Shown piece after piece: positions 23,070-33,788 of a stretch of 64,000 bases of DNA. The stretch's first letter is position 1. Every line of letters begins with the position of its first letter. The position numbers were made by a program, and so were the translations under genes. Under the pieces are notes generated by a model. The model saw only the letters and a list, made by a program, of their open reading frames with translations. It searched no databases and was not told where the DNA came from. Origin of the DNA: an uncultured Candidatus Rokubacteria bacterium (GTDB taxonomy: Bacteria; Methylomirabilota; Methylomirabilia; Rokubacteriales; CSP1-6). Location of the stretch: positions 75,700-139,699 of the forward strand of contig CAVYTA010000008.1 in the NCBI GenBank assembly GCA_963771355.1, read 5' to 3'.

Positions 23070-24240
23070 TCGGCTGGCGCTCCTTGGCGCGGCCCGGGCT
23101 GGCCAGGCCGCGCACGTTCCAGATTCGCACCGGTCGGGCCAGACCCTTCAGGGCGAGCGGGCCGACGTCTTCCGCGTCGATCAGATCCTCCACGACCCCC
23201 GCGACCTTGGCCGAGATGAGGATTTGCCCGGCGCCGGCCTCGCCGCAGAGCCGCGCGGCCAGGTTGGTGACGCTGCCGATGGCGCCGTAGTCCCAGCGCC
23301 CCTCGAAGCCGATGGCGCCGATGGTGGCGTAGCCCTGGGAGACCCCCACGCCGAGCCCGAGGTCCCAGCCGCGCTTGCGCCAGCCCGCGCTGAGGCCGGC
23401 CACGACGTCGCGCATGGCCACCGCCATGCGGATCGCGCGCTGGGCCGGATCGGGAACCACCACGGGGTCGTTGAAGAAGACCATCATGCCGTCCCCGGTG
23501 AAGCGCTCGAGGGTGCCCTCGTGGGCGAGGACGAGCCGGCCCATCTCCGCGTGGTACTCGCGGAGCAGCTCCATGATCTCCTCGGGCTCGGCCGTCTCCG
23601 CGAACGCGGTGAAGCCCCGGAGGTCCAGGAACACCACCGTGACTTCGCGGCGGTGGGTCTTGAGCGGGTCGTCGGCGCCGCCGGCCACGATGAGCTCGGC
23701 GAGCTGGGGGGAGAAGAAGCGCTTGAGCCGCCCCAGGCGCTCGAGCTGTCCGACCTGCTCGGCCACGCGCTGCTCCAGCGTCTGGTTCATTTCCGCGAGC
23801 GCGCGGCGATGGCGCTGCTCCTCGTCGTGGAGCCGTTTCTTCTCCAGGCATGCGCCTACCCGCGCCTGCAGGAGCACGGGGTCGAAGGGCTTGCCGAGGT
23901 AATCGTCGGCGCCGAGCTGGATGCATCGCACCACGCTGTCCATCTCGTCCAGCGCGGAGATCATGAGCACGGGGACGTCGCGCCGCGCGGGATCGCCCTT
24001 GATCCGCTGGAGCACGGCATAGCCGTCCAGGTCCGGCATCATGACGTCGAGGAGGACGAGGTCGACGGGCGTCCGTGCGAGCACGTCGAGACCCGATTGC
24101 CCCCCCGCGGCGGTGAGCACCTCGTGGCCCTGACGGCGGAGGCGCCGGGCCAGCATGTCGCGGTTCTCCTCGCTGTCGTCCACCACCAGGATGACGCTGC
24201 GGCTCGACGGCGGCGCGGGCGCGGCCTCGGCCTCCGCGCT
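23062..24240 (-). CDS. response-regulator receiver domain fused to class III adenylate/guanylate cyclase (start uncertain)
   Basis: REC domain (ILVVDDSEENRDML...LLDVMMPDLDGY...) followed by CHD cyclase domain (VTVVFLDLRGFT...FTGDGMMVFF). The ORF is open upstream to 24702, but that upstream part is Arg-rich and out of character. Confidence 0.7.
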   Translation of the reverse strand, partial: SAEAEAAPAPPSSRSVILVVDDSEENRDMLARRLRRQGHEVLTAAGGQSGLDVLARTPVDLVLLDVMMPDLDGYAVLQRIKGDPARRDVPVLMISALDEMDSVVRCIQLGADDYLGKPFDPVLLQARVGACLEKKRLHDEEQRHRRALAEMNQTLEQRVAEQVGQLERLGRLKRFFSPQLAELIVAGGADDPLKTHRREVTVVFLDLRGFTAFAETAEPEEIMELLREYHAEMGRLVLAHEGTLERFTGDGMMVFFNDPVVVPDPAQRAIRMAVAMRDVVAGLSAGWRKRGWDLGLGVGVSQGYATIGAIGFEGRWDYGAIGSVTNLAARLCGEAGAGQILISAKVAGVVEDLIDAEDVGPLALKGLARPVRIWNVRGLASPGRAKERQPNA

Positions 24241-24379
24241 CGCCGTCCGGCCCGCGGGCGCCACGCCGCCGTGGCCGGAGCAGCTCGTGGAGGCGCTCGC
24301 CGGCCGCGCGGATTCGATCGAGGTCGGGCACCAGCGCGTCCGCGCCGGCCTCGGCGGCCTGCCGGAGGAGCGCGGCACG

Positions 24380-24644
24380 CCTCGGCGCGGACGCGCTCGA
24401 GGGGCGGGATGAGCGACCCGAGCGCGGCCGCGAGGTTGGGCGAGGCCGACGGCCCCTGCGCGAGCACCGTGTTCAGCAGGCCCAGCAGCTCGCGGGCATC
24501 CGCCCGGAGCGTCCCGAGCCCTGCCGCGAGGGTCGGACGGTCGCCCACCTCGAGCTCCTCGAGCAGCATCTCGGCGTAGCCGATGATGTGGTTCAGCGGC
24601 GTGCGCAGATCGTGGCGGAGCTGCGCGGCGGGCTCGATGCTCAC
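24380..24644 (-). CDS. HisKA (dimerisation/phosphoacceptor) domain fragment, H-box HDLRTPLN; either a stand-alone phosphotransfer protein or the frameshifted N-terminus of the downstream receiver-cyclase
   Basis: ATG at 24644 overlaps the CheY-like gene stop (ATGA). About 65 aa of clean HisKA sequence. The frame then has no stop and degrades into Arg-rich read-through of the REC domain, which is in another frame. Confidence 0.45.
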
Positions 24645-25018
24645 GCGCCGCCCGCCGGCCCGAGCAGGGCCTCGATCTTCTGGAGCAGGCGGGGAAGATC
24701 AACGGGCTTGGTGTCGAAGTCGTCGCAGCCTGCTGCCAGGGCCTTCTCCCGGTCGCCGGCCATGGCGTGCGCGGTGAGGGCGATCACGGGAATCGTCCGC
24801 GTCTCCGGCATGGCCTTCACCTGGCGGGTGGCTTCCCACCCGTCCATACCCGGCAGGCTCATGTCCATGAGGATGAGCGCCGGCGCCTCCGAGCGCGCCA
24901 TCGCCAGGCCCTGCTCGCCGTCGACGGCGATGGCCACCTCGTAGCCGCGCTTGACGAGGCGACGGGAGAGCATGTCGCGGTTCATCTCGTTGTCCTCGAC
25001 GAGCAGGATCTTGGCCAT
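24641..25018 (-). CDS. single-domain response regulator (CheY-like receiver), 125 aa
   Basis: [17 protein letters not shown]...LMDMSLPGMDGWE...TAHAMAGDREKALAAGCDDFDTKP. ATG overlaps the stop of the giant kinase gene (ATGA). Confidence 0.8.
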   Translation of the reverse strand: MAKILLVEDNEMNRDMLSRRLVKRGYEVAIAVDGEQGLAMARSEAPALILMDMSLPGMDGWEATRQVKAMPETRTIPVIALTAHAMAGDREKALAAGCDDFDTKPVDLPRLLQKIEALLGPAGGA

Positions 25019-28000
25019 CAGGCTTTCGGCCTTCGGCGCGCCACGCTGGCCGCCACCAGGTCGCGCACTTCGGCCAGCAGCTCGTCGCGGCCGTGGGTGC
25101 CCTTCTGGAGAATCTTCTGCACGTAGCCGTTGAGCCGCTCCCGGTCGTCGTGGGACAGGTCCTTGGCGGTGACGACGATGATGGGGATGGCCCGCCAGAG
25201 CTCGTGGCGGCGGAACTCGGCGACGAACTCGAAGCCGTCCATCTCCGGCATCATGAGGTCGAGGAGGACGACGCTGGGGGAGACATCGCGCAGGCGGTCG
25301 AGCGCCATCCGGCCGTTGGCCGCCTCCACCACCTCGAAGCCCTCGCTCTCGAGCATGCGCCGGAGCAGTGCGCGGGCGCCGGAGTCGTCGTCCACCACCA
25401 GGACGGGCCGGTCGCGCCGGTGCTGCTTCAGCACCGTCACCAGCCGTTCGCGATCGATCGGCTTGGTGAGGTAGTCGGAGGCGCCGAGGGCATAGCCCAG
25501 GTTCCGGTCGTCGACGATGGTCAGCATGACCACCGGGATGCCGGCCACGTCCGCGTCGGCCTTGAGGGCGGAGAGAACGGCCCAGCCGTCCATCCCCGGC
25601 ATCATGACGTCGAGGGTGATGGCGTCGGGCCGCAGCTCGCGGGCGCGGCGGAGCCCTTCCTCGCCGCCGGCGGCGGTGACGACGCGGAAGCCCTCCCGGG
25701 TTAGGAAACGCTGCATCAGGTCCCGCACCGCCGCCTCGTCGTCGATTACGAGCACGGTGCCGATGCCCGATGCCACGGGCTCGGCCGGCGCGGCGGGCGC
25801 GGCGGCTTCCCCGGCCGCCTCGGCGACCCGAGCGGGCAGCCGGATCGTGAAAGTGCTGCCGTGGTCCGCCTCGCTCTCGGCGGTGACGTCGCCACCCATC
25901 ATCCGGCAGAGCCGCCGGCTGAGCGCCAGGCCGAGGCCGGTGCCACCATACCGGCGCGAGGTGGCGGCATCGGCCTGGGTGAATGCCTCGAACAGCCTGG
26001 CGAGCTGCTCGGGCGTCATGCCAATGCCGGTGTCGCTGACCGCGAAGGCGAACCACTCCTGACCGTCCACCAAGTCGCGGCTTACCGCCAGCGTCACCGC
26101 CCCACGCTCGGTGAACTTGCAGGCGTTGCTCAGCAGATTGAACAGGGCCTGGCGCACCTTGGTCAGATCCGCGTGCATCGAGCCGATCGCGTCGGGGCAG
26201 CGCACCTCCAGGCGATTGTCGTTCCTGGCCGCCAGGGGCTGGATCACCGCCGCGATGTCCTGGACCAGGCGCGCCACGTCGAAGCTCTCGAGGTAGAGCT
26301 CCATCTTGCCGGCCTCGATCTTGGAGAGATCGAGCACGGCGTTGATGAGCTCCAGCAGGTGCTTGCCGGCCGCGTTGATCTTCTTGAGGTCGTCGGTGAA
26401 CTGCTCGGCCCCGAGATCGGCGGCGTCCTCCTGGAGCATCTCGCTGTAGCCGATGATGGCATTGAGCGGCGTACGCAGTTCGTGGGACATGTTGGCGAGG
26501 AACTCGGACTTGTGACGGTCGGCGGCCTCGAGCTGGCGGCTCTTGTCCCCGATCTCCCGGAAGAGGCGCGCGTTCTGGATGGCCACCGCCGACTGGGCGG
26601 CAAATGTCCTGAGCAGATCGATGACCTCCGAGGAGAACTCCCCGGGTGTCTTCTTGGAGACGGTGAGACCTCCGACCAGGTGATCCTCGCGCAACAGCGG
26701 AATGCCCAGGAGCGCCCGCGTTCCCGTCTGCAACAGGACATCTCGAAGGTGGCCGCTGTACGCCCCCGCCTCGGCAATGTCGGCAACCTGGACCGGCTCG
26801 AGCGTCACGGCCATGCGCCCGGCGACACCCTCGCCCCGTCGGATCGGCGCCCGCCGGGCCACGTCAACCACTTCCTCGGCGAGATTGTGGGTGGCACGGA
26901 ACAGGAGTTCCTCAGCCCGCTCGTCGTACTCGTAGACCGTGCACGAGTCGGTGCCGGCGAGCTGGTTGGCGCGGGAGACGATCGTGCTGAGCACGGTCTC
27001 GAGGTCGAGCGTCGAGCCGAGAGCCTGGCTGACCTCGCCCAGCGCCTTGAGCTCCTGGACCGACCGGGTGAGCTGGGCCGTGCGGGCTTGCAGCGCGTCG
27101 AGCAGCCGCGCGTTCTCGATGGCGATGGCCGCCTGGTCGGCGAAGGTTTCCATCAAGGCGATCTGATTGTCCATGAATGGCCGGACCTCGTGCCTGTGGA
27201 TCACGATGACCCCCAACAGCTCGTCCGCCCTGAGCATGGGGATCACCAGCACGGTCCGGTAAGGAGCAACCTGCTGCCCAGCGTAGGTGTACTCGGGATC
27301 GCTCCGGATATCGTGGATGTGGATGGTGCGCCGCTCAAGGGCCGCACGCCCGACGCCGCTCCCGCGTCCGGGCGCGATGGGATTCCGCTCGGTGAATGCT
27401 CTCAGCTCCGGGGAGACGTTGTGAGTGGCCACGACGCGCAGAACCTGACCGTCGAAGCGGAAGATCAATGCGCGTTCGGCCTCGCACAGCCTGATCGCGT
27501 TCTCGGCCAGCGTCTCGAAGACCGGCTGGAGATCGAAGGTGGACCGGCCGATCACCTTGAGCAGCTCGCTGGTCGCCGTCTGCTGCTCGAGCGCGACCCG
27601 CAGCTCGCCGTTTCGCTCCTCCAGTTCGGTGAACAGGCGGACGTTCTCGACGGCGATGACCGCCTGATCGGCAAAGGTCTGGAGGAGAGCAATCTGATTG
27701 TCGGAGAACGCCCGTGGCGTTTCCCATATGTGGACGTTTATTGTGCCGATGGGGGACCCGTCACGAAGCATCGGCACCGCCAGCACGCTGGCAAGGCCGG
27801 CACCTGCCACCGCACGCACGCTGTAGTCTCGATCCCCTCGGACGTCTGGAATATGAACCGGTCGGCCTGTCAGGATGGTCCGCCCGGACGCGCTTCCCAT
27901 GTGCGGCGCCATCGGGAATACGCTTCGCAGGGCCTCGGCCTGCTCAGGGGCCGTATTGTCGAGAGATTGCAGGTGCATTAATTCGCCGTCATACCTCACG

Positions 28001-31000
28001 ACCTGGGCGCTACCGGCCTCACACAGCCTGCGGGCATTGTGGGCGATCGTGTCGAAGACCGGCTGGACGTTGGTCGGCGAGCTCGAGATCACGCGGAGAA
28101 TCTCGCTCGTCGCCGTCTGCTGCTCGAGCGCCTCGGTGAGGTCTGCGTTCTTGGTCTGCAGCTCGGTGAGCAGCCGCGCATTCTCGATGGCGATGGCGGC
28201 CTGGTCGGCGAAGGTCTCCATCAGGGCGATGTGGCCGTCTGTGAACCGCCGGACCTCGTGCCGGTAGATGACGATCACTCCGAGCAGCTCCTCGGCTCTC
28301 AACATGGGGATCGCGAGCAACGTTCTGACAGGGTCCGCCACGTGCACCGCGTAGGTGACTTCCGAGTCGGCCAGCACGTCATGGATGTGGACTGTGCGCT
28401 TCTCGAGAGCAGCGCGAGCCGTGCCGCTATGGCGGCCGGGAGCAATAGGATTGCGCTCGATGAATGATTGCAACTCGGGGGAGACATTATAGAAGGCCGC
28501 GGCTCGCAGGAGCTGAGCGTCGAAACGGAAGATGACCGCCCGCTCGGCTTCGCACAGCCGGACCGCGTTCTCGGCCAGCGTCTCGAAGACCGGCTGGAGC
28601 TCGAACGTGGACCGCCCGATCACCTTGAGCAGCTCGCTGGTCGCCGTCTGTTGCTCGAGGGACACGCGGAGCTCGCTGTTGCGCCCCTCCAGCTCGGTGA
28701 ACAGGCGCACGTTCTCGATGGCGATCACCGCCTGGTCGGCGAAGGTCTGCAGCAGCCCGATCTGCTTGTCCGAGAATGGCGCCACGTGATCCCGGGCAAC
28801 GAGGATAGTCCCGATGGGCACGTTGTCGCGAAGCATCGGGACTGCGAGAGCGCTTCGATAGCCGGTCGTTGTTGCGATCGGAAGCGTATATTCGGGATCC
28901 TCAAGCACGTCTGGCACCTGGACGACGTTACGGGTCAAGATCGCCCGTCCGCTCACGCTCCCCCGGCTCGGAGGCAGCGGGTATGTCCGCCCCAGCGCAT
29001 CCAATCGCTCCGCGCTGAGGTTGTGGTGCGCCACGAGATGCATGAGCCGCCCGTCAAACTGAATGACGAGACCATTGACTGCCCCCGAGAGTTGCGTGGC
29101 GCTCGCGGCGATCGCTTCGAAGGTCGGGCGGACGTCGGTCGGGGAGCTGCTGATGACGCGCAGGATCTCGCTGGTCGCCGTCTGCTGCTCGAGCGCCTCG
29201 GTGAGGTCGGCGTTCTTGGCCTGGAGCTCGGTGAGCAGCCGCGCGTTCTCGATGGCGATGGCCGCCTGGTCGGCGAAGGTCTCCATCAGGGCGATCTGAC
29301 CGTCCGTGAAGGGCTGGACCTCGAGTCTGTAGATCGTGATCACGCCCAGGAGCTCATCCGCTCGGAGCATTGGTATCGCAAGCATGGTTCGAGTGGGATC
29401 AATCGTCTGCGCCCCGTAAGTGTATTCGGGATCGGCCTGGATGTCGTGAACGTGCGTGGTGCGCCGATCGAGTGCAGCGCGACCCGTGGTGCTTCCGCGT
29501 CCGAGGGGAATAGGATTCCTCTCGATGAAGCTCTTGAGATTGGGGGACACGTTGTGGGCGGTCACGACTCGCAAGACCTGACCGTCGAAGCGGAAGACCA
29601 AAGCTCGCTCGGCAGCGCACAACCGGACCGCGTTCTCGGCCAGGGTTTCGAAGACGGGCTGGAGATCGAAGGTGGAGCGGCCGATCACCTTGAGGAGCTC
29701 GCTCGTCGCGGTCTGCTGCTCGAGGGCGACGCGCAGCTCGGAGTTCCGCGCCTCCAGCTCGGTGAACAGGCGGACGTTCTCGATGGCGATGACGGCCTGG
29801 TCGGCGAAGGTCTTCAGCATCTCGATGTGGGCGGTAGCGAACCGTCCGGGTGCGCTGCGCTGGACAACGATGGTGCCGATCGGACTGCTATCCGCCCGGA
29901 GCATCGGCACGGCAAGCAGGCTTCGCCCGGCTGCCAGGTTGACCTGATATTCCGAGTCCTCCATCACGTCCGGGATTTCGGCGATGGCACACGTGAGAAT
30001 CGCCCGCCCCGAGGCTTGTGAGTGGCTCGGACGCATCGGGTACGCTCGCCGCAGACCTTCCAGCACGTCTGGCGTCACGTCGTGTGCCACGACGTGAAGC
30101 TGCTCGCCGTCGAACCGATGCAAGACGCCGAAGCTCGCCCCGCACAGCTGCACCGCGTTCCGGACGATGGCATCGAACACCGGCTGGACGTCGGTCGGGG
30201 AACTGCTGATGACCCGCAGGATCTCGCTCGTCGCTGTCTGCTGCTCCAGGGCCTCGGTGAGGTCGGCGTTCTTGGCCTGCAGCTCGGTGAGCAGCCGCGC
30301 GTTCTCGATGGCGATGGCGGCCTGGTCGGCGAAGGTCTCTAGCAGGGCGATCTGGCTGTCGGTGAACGGTCGGACCTCGTGTCTGTAGATCAAGATCACG
30401 CCCAGCAACTCGTCCGCCCTGAGCATGGGGACCGTGAGTATGGTTCGAAACGGGTCCACCTGCCGCGAGCCGTAGGTGTACTCGGGGTCGGTCTGGACAT
30501 CATGGATGTGGACGGTGCGCCGCTCGAGGGCGGCGCGCGCCGCGGCGCTGCTCCTTCCGGGCGCAATGGGATTCTGCTCGATGAAGGCTCTGATCTCGGC
30601 GGAAGCATTGTGAGTGGCTACAACGCGCAGGAGCTGACCGTCGAAGCGGAAGATGAACGATCGTTCTGAGTCGCACAGTCTCACCGCGTTCTCGGCCAGC
30701 GTCTCGAAGACCGGCTGGAGGTCGAAGGTGGAGCGCCCGATCACCTTGAGCAGCTCGCTGGTGGCCGTCTGCTGTTCGAGAGCGACGCGGAGCTCACTGT
30801 TGCGTGCCCCGAGCTCGGTGAAGAGGCGCACGTTCTCAATGGCGATGACCGCCTGATCGGCAAACGTCTTGAGCAGCTCGATCTGCTTGTCGCTGAAGGG
30901 GCGGACCTCCGTCCTGCGGATCAGAAGGCTGCCGATCGCCACCCCTTCGCGCACCAGAGGCGTCGCGAGTGTCGTGTGATGTCCTGCGGCTCTGGCCAGC

Positions 31001-32494
31001 GCCCGGCCTTCCGCGAACTCGGCTTCATCCGCCTCAGCGAGATTGTGAACATGGATCGGCTGCCGGTCGATGATCGCCCGGCCCATGACCGAGCCGCGGG
31101 TGAGCGGGAACGTCCGGCCCAAGACGCTGGCGATCGGTCCGTAATGGGCTGCGATCCGACCCGTCTGGCCTTCCACGAGCACGAGCACCGCATCGAAAGC
31201 CGCACATACTCGGGCTGCGTTCTCGGCGACGGTATCCAGCACGGGCTGAAGGTCAGTCGGTGAGCCCGCGATCACGCGCAGGATCTCGCTCGTCGCCGTC
31301 TGCTGCTCCAGGGCCTCGGTGAGGTCGGCGTTCTTGGCTTGGAGCTCGGTGAGCAGCCGCGCGTTCTCGATGGCGATGGCCGCCTGGTCGGCGAAGGTCT
31401 CCATGAGAGCGATCTGACCGTCGGTGAACGGCCGCACCACATGCCGGTAGATGAAGATCACTCCGAGCAGCTCATCCGCGCGCATTATGGGGATCCCGAG
31501 CGCGGTGCGAATGGGGATTGTGTCGGCCTGTGCGAGCCTGATAGGTGTGCTCTGGGTCGGCCTGGACATCCGGAATGTGGATCGTGCGTCGCTCGAGGGC
31601 GGCGCGCCCGGTGGCGCTGTTGCGCCCGGGGAAATGGGATTGCCCTCGAGGAACGCCCGGCGTCCGGCGGAGACATTGTGCGTGGCCACGAGACGGAGCA
31701 GCTGACCGTCGAAGCGGAAGATGGCGGCGCGTTCGGCCTCGCACAGCCTGACCGCATTCTCGGCCAGCGTGTCGAAGACCGGCTGGAGGTCGAAGGTGGA
31801 CCGCCCGATCACCTTGAGCAGCTCGCTGGTCGCCGTCTGCTGCTCGAGGGCGACGCGGAGCTCGCGGTTGCGTGCGTCCAGCTCGGTGAACAGGCGCACG
31901 TTCTCGATAGCGATCACGGCCTGGTCGGCGAAGGTCTGGAGCAGCGCAACCTGCCGGTCGGTGAAGGGCAGGGCCTCGGTGCGGCGGAGCTGGATCACGC
32001 CGATGGCAGCGCCATTCTTCAGCAAGGGAACACTCAGCAGCGTCCGGTGGCCGAACCGTTGCGCGTAGCGACTCCCCTCCGGGAACTCACCGATCTCGGC
32101 CTGCACGTCGGCAATGTGGATGGTCCGCGCCTCCAGCACACTCCGACCGGCGATGGTGCCTCGGGCGAGGGCCAGAGTGAACTCGCCGACCGGGTCTACG
32201 GCGATCGGCCCATGATGGGCGACGAGGAGGAGTCGGTCGCCTCGCGAGCCGGAAGATGGTGGAATCCTGGGCCTCGCAGAGGCGGCCCGCGCTGGCCGTC
32301 ACGGCGTCGAGTACCGGCTGGATGTCAATCGGCGAGCTGCTGATGATCCGGAGGATCTCGGCGGTGGCCGTCTGCTGCTCGAGGGCCTCGGCAAGCTTCG
32401 CCGCGAGCCCGTCGCTTCTCGCGCGCTCCTGCTCGAGCGCCTTGCGCAGCGCCTCGACTTCGAGGGCGAGATCAACCTTGGGCGCCGGCGCCAT
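25018..32494 (-). CDS. giant hybrid sensor histidine kinase: N-terminal coiled coil, about 12 tandem GAF domains, HisKA, HATPase_c, two receiver domains (~2,490 aa). A +1/-1 frameshift near 32245 splits it into ORFs 32087-32497 and 25018-32139
   Basis: GAF domains joined by conserved linkers alternating [34 protein letters not shown] and [33 protein letters not shown]. His[20 protein letters not shown], HATPase_c, then REC x2. The frame upstream of the listed start still encodes GAF sequence ([33 protein letters not shown]), and the 136-aa upstream ORF carries the same repeat unit. Confidence 0.8.
26500..32100. repeat. about five tandem copies of a ~1.07-kb DNA repeat (one di-GAF unit each) inside the giant kinase gene; linker segments about 90-95% identical over 100-200 nt
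   Basis: Near-identical plus-strand segments recur with 1,060-1,080 bp period at about 27541, 28601, 29681, 30721 and 31801 (type 1 linker) and about 28081, 29161, 30221 and 31281 (type 2 linker). Confidence 0.6.
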
Positions 32495-32675
32495 CACTTC
32501 TCCTCGGGAGCAGGGTACCGAAAGTGCCCCGAGAGTAGCCCGCCGCGTCAGGGCCGGTCAAGGCGCGGGGGCACGGCCGGCCGCCCCGGGCGCGGCCCGG
32601 GCGTCGCGGGGGCGTCGTTGACAAGGGCCCCCCGATGGCCGACGGTAGGGGCATCCCGGTTCCAGGAGGAACGCG

Positions 32676-33788
32676 ATGAAGTTCGGCCTCTTCTACGAGC
32701 TGTCGGTGCCCCGCCCGTGGACGCGGGAGTCGGAGCGCACCGTCTACAACAACGCGCTGGAGCAGGTGAAGCTGGCCGACGAGCTGGGCTTCGATCAGGT
32801 GTGGGCGGTGGAGCACCACTTCCTCGAGGAGTATTCCCATTGCCCGGCGCCCGAGCTCTTCCTCACCGCCTGCGCCATGGTCACGCAGAAGATCCGGGTG
32901 GGCCACGGCATCGTCGTCTGCGTGCCCGAGTTCAATCACCCCATCAAGATCGCCGAGCGCACCGCGGTGCTGGACATTCTTTCGGGCGGCCGCCTGGAGG
33001 TGGGCACCGGCCGCTCCGCCACCTGGACCGAGCTGGGCGGCTTTCGCTCCGATCCGGACATCACCAAGAAGTCCTGGGACGAGTTCGTCCGCTGCCTGCC
33101 GAAGATGTGGACGCAGGAGACCTATGCCTACGAGGGCGAGTTCTGGTCCATGCCCGAGCGCACCATCATCCCCAAGGTGTACCAGCAGCCGCACCCGCCG
33201 CTCTGGGTGGCGGTGACGAGTCCCGGCACCGAGCTCGACGCCGCGGACCGCGGGCTCGGCTCGCTGGGCCTCACCTTCGGCCAGTTCGCCGAGCAGGAGC
33301 GCCGCATCGCCGAGTATCGCCGGCGCATCCAGCTCTGCGAGCCGGTGGGCGACTTCGTCAACGATCAGGTGAGCACGGTGAACTTCCTCTACTGCCACGA
33401 GGACGACGAGCGCGGGCTCGCCACCGGCAAGCGCATGGCGGACTCGTTCAACTACCTCGCCTCCCAGCTCATCTCCGCCCGCGAGGCCTATCCCTCCCGG
33501 TCCTACCCGTCGCTGGGTCTCCTGCCGCAGCTTCGCCGCCAGGCCACCGGGCCCGACGCCGGCGAGCAGGCGGGCGAAGGCCTGGCGCTGGGGGGCCCCG
33601 AGCGCATCACCCGCGCGCTCAAGAAGTGGGAGGCGGTGGGAGTGGACCGGGTAAACTTTCTCCTGAACACGATGGAGATCATCCCCCAGGCGGACGTGCT
33701 CGCCAGCCTTCAGCTCTTCGCCCGCGAAGTCATGCCGGCCTTCCGCGACGCCAAGGCCGCCAACGGCGCCGCGAACGGGGGCGCGTGA
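32676..33788 (+). CDS. LLM-class (luciferase-like) flavin/F420-dependent oxidoreductase
   Basis: MKFGLFYELSVPRPW...VWAVEHHF... is a typical LLM TIM-barrel N-terminus; 370 aa. Confidence 0.8.
   Translation: MKFGLFYELSVPRPWTRESERTVYNNALEQVKLADELGFDQVWAVEHHFLEEYSHCPAPELFLTACAMVTQKIRVGHGIVVCVPEFNHPIKIAERTAVLDILSGGRLEVGTGRSATWTELGGFRSDPDITKKSWDEFVRCLPKMWTQETYAYEGEFWSMPERTIIPKVYQQPHPPLWVAVTSPGTELDAADRGLGSLGLTFGQFAEQERRIAEYRRRIQLCEPVGDFVNDQVSTVNFLYCHEDDERGLATGKRMADSFNYLASQLISAREAYPSRSYPSLGLLPQLRRQATGPDAGEQAGEGLALGGPERITRALKKWEAVGVDRVNFLLNTMEIIPQADVLASLQLFAREVMPAFRDAKAANGAANGGA

Noticed and set aside
26500-32100. Considered whether the ~1.07-kb periodic repeats could be a CRISPR array or IS-derived repeats.
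   Set aside because: Repeats are about 1 kb, not 25-40 bp, with no short unique spacers. They translate into contiguous GAF-domain protein sequence.
25861-32343. Plus-strand ORFs 25861-27981 (706 aa), 28468-30021 (517 aa), 31339-32343 and others inside the giant kinase gene.
   Set aside because: Antisense to the GAF-repeat gene. They are repetitive because they mirror the sense-strand repeats, with junk composition.
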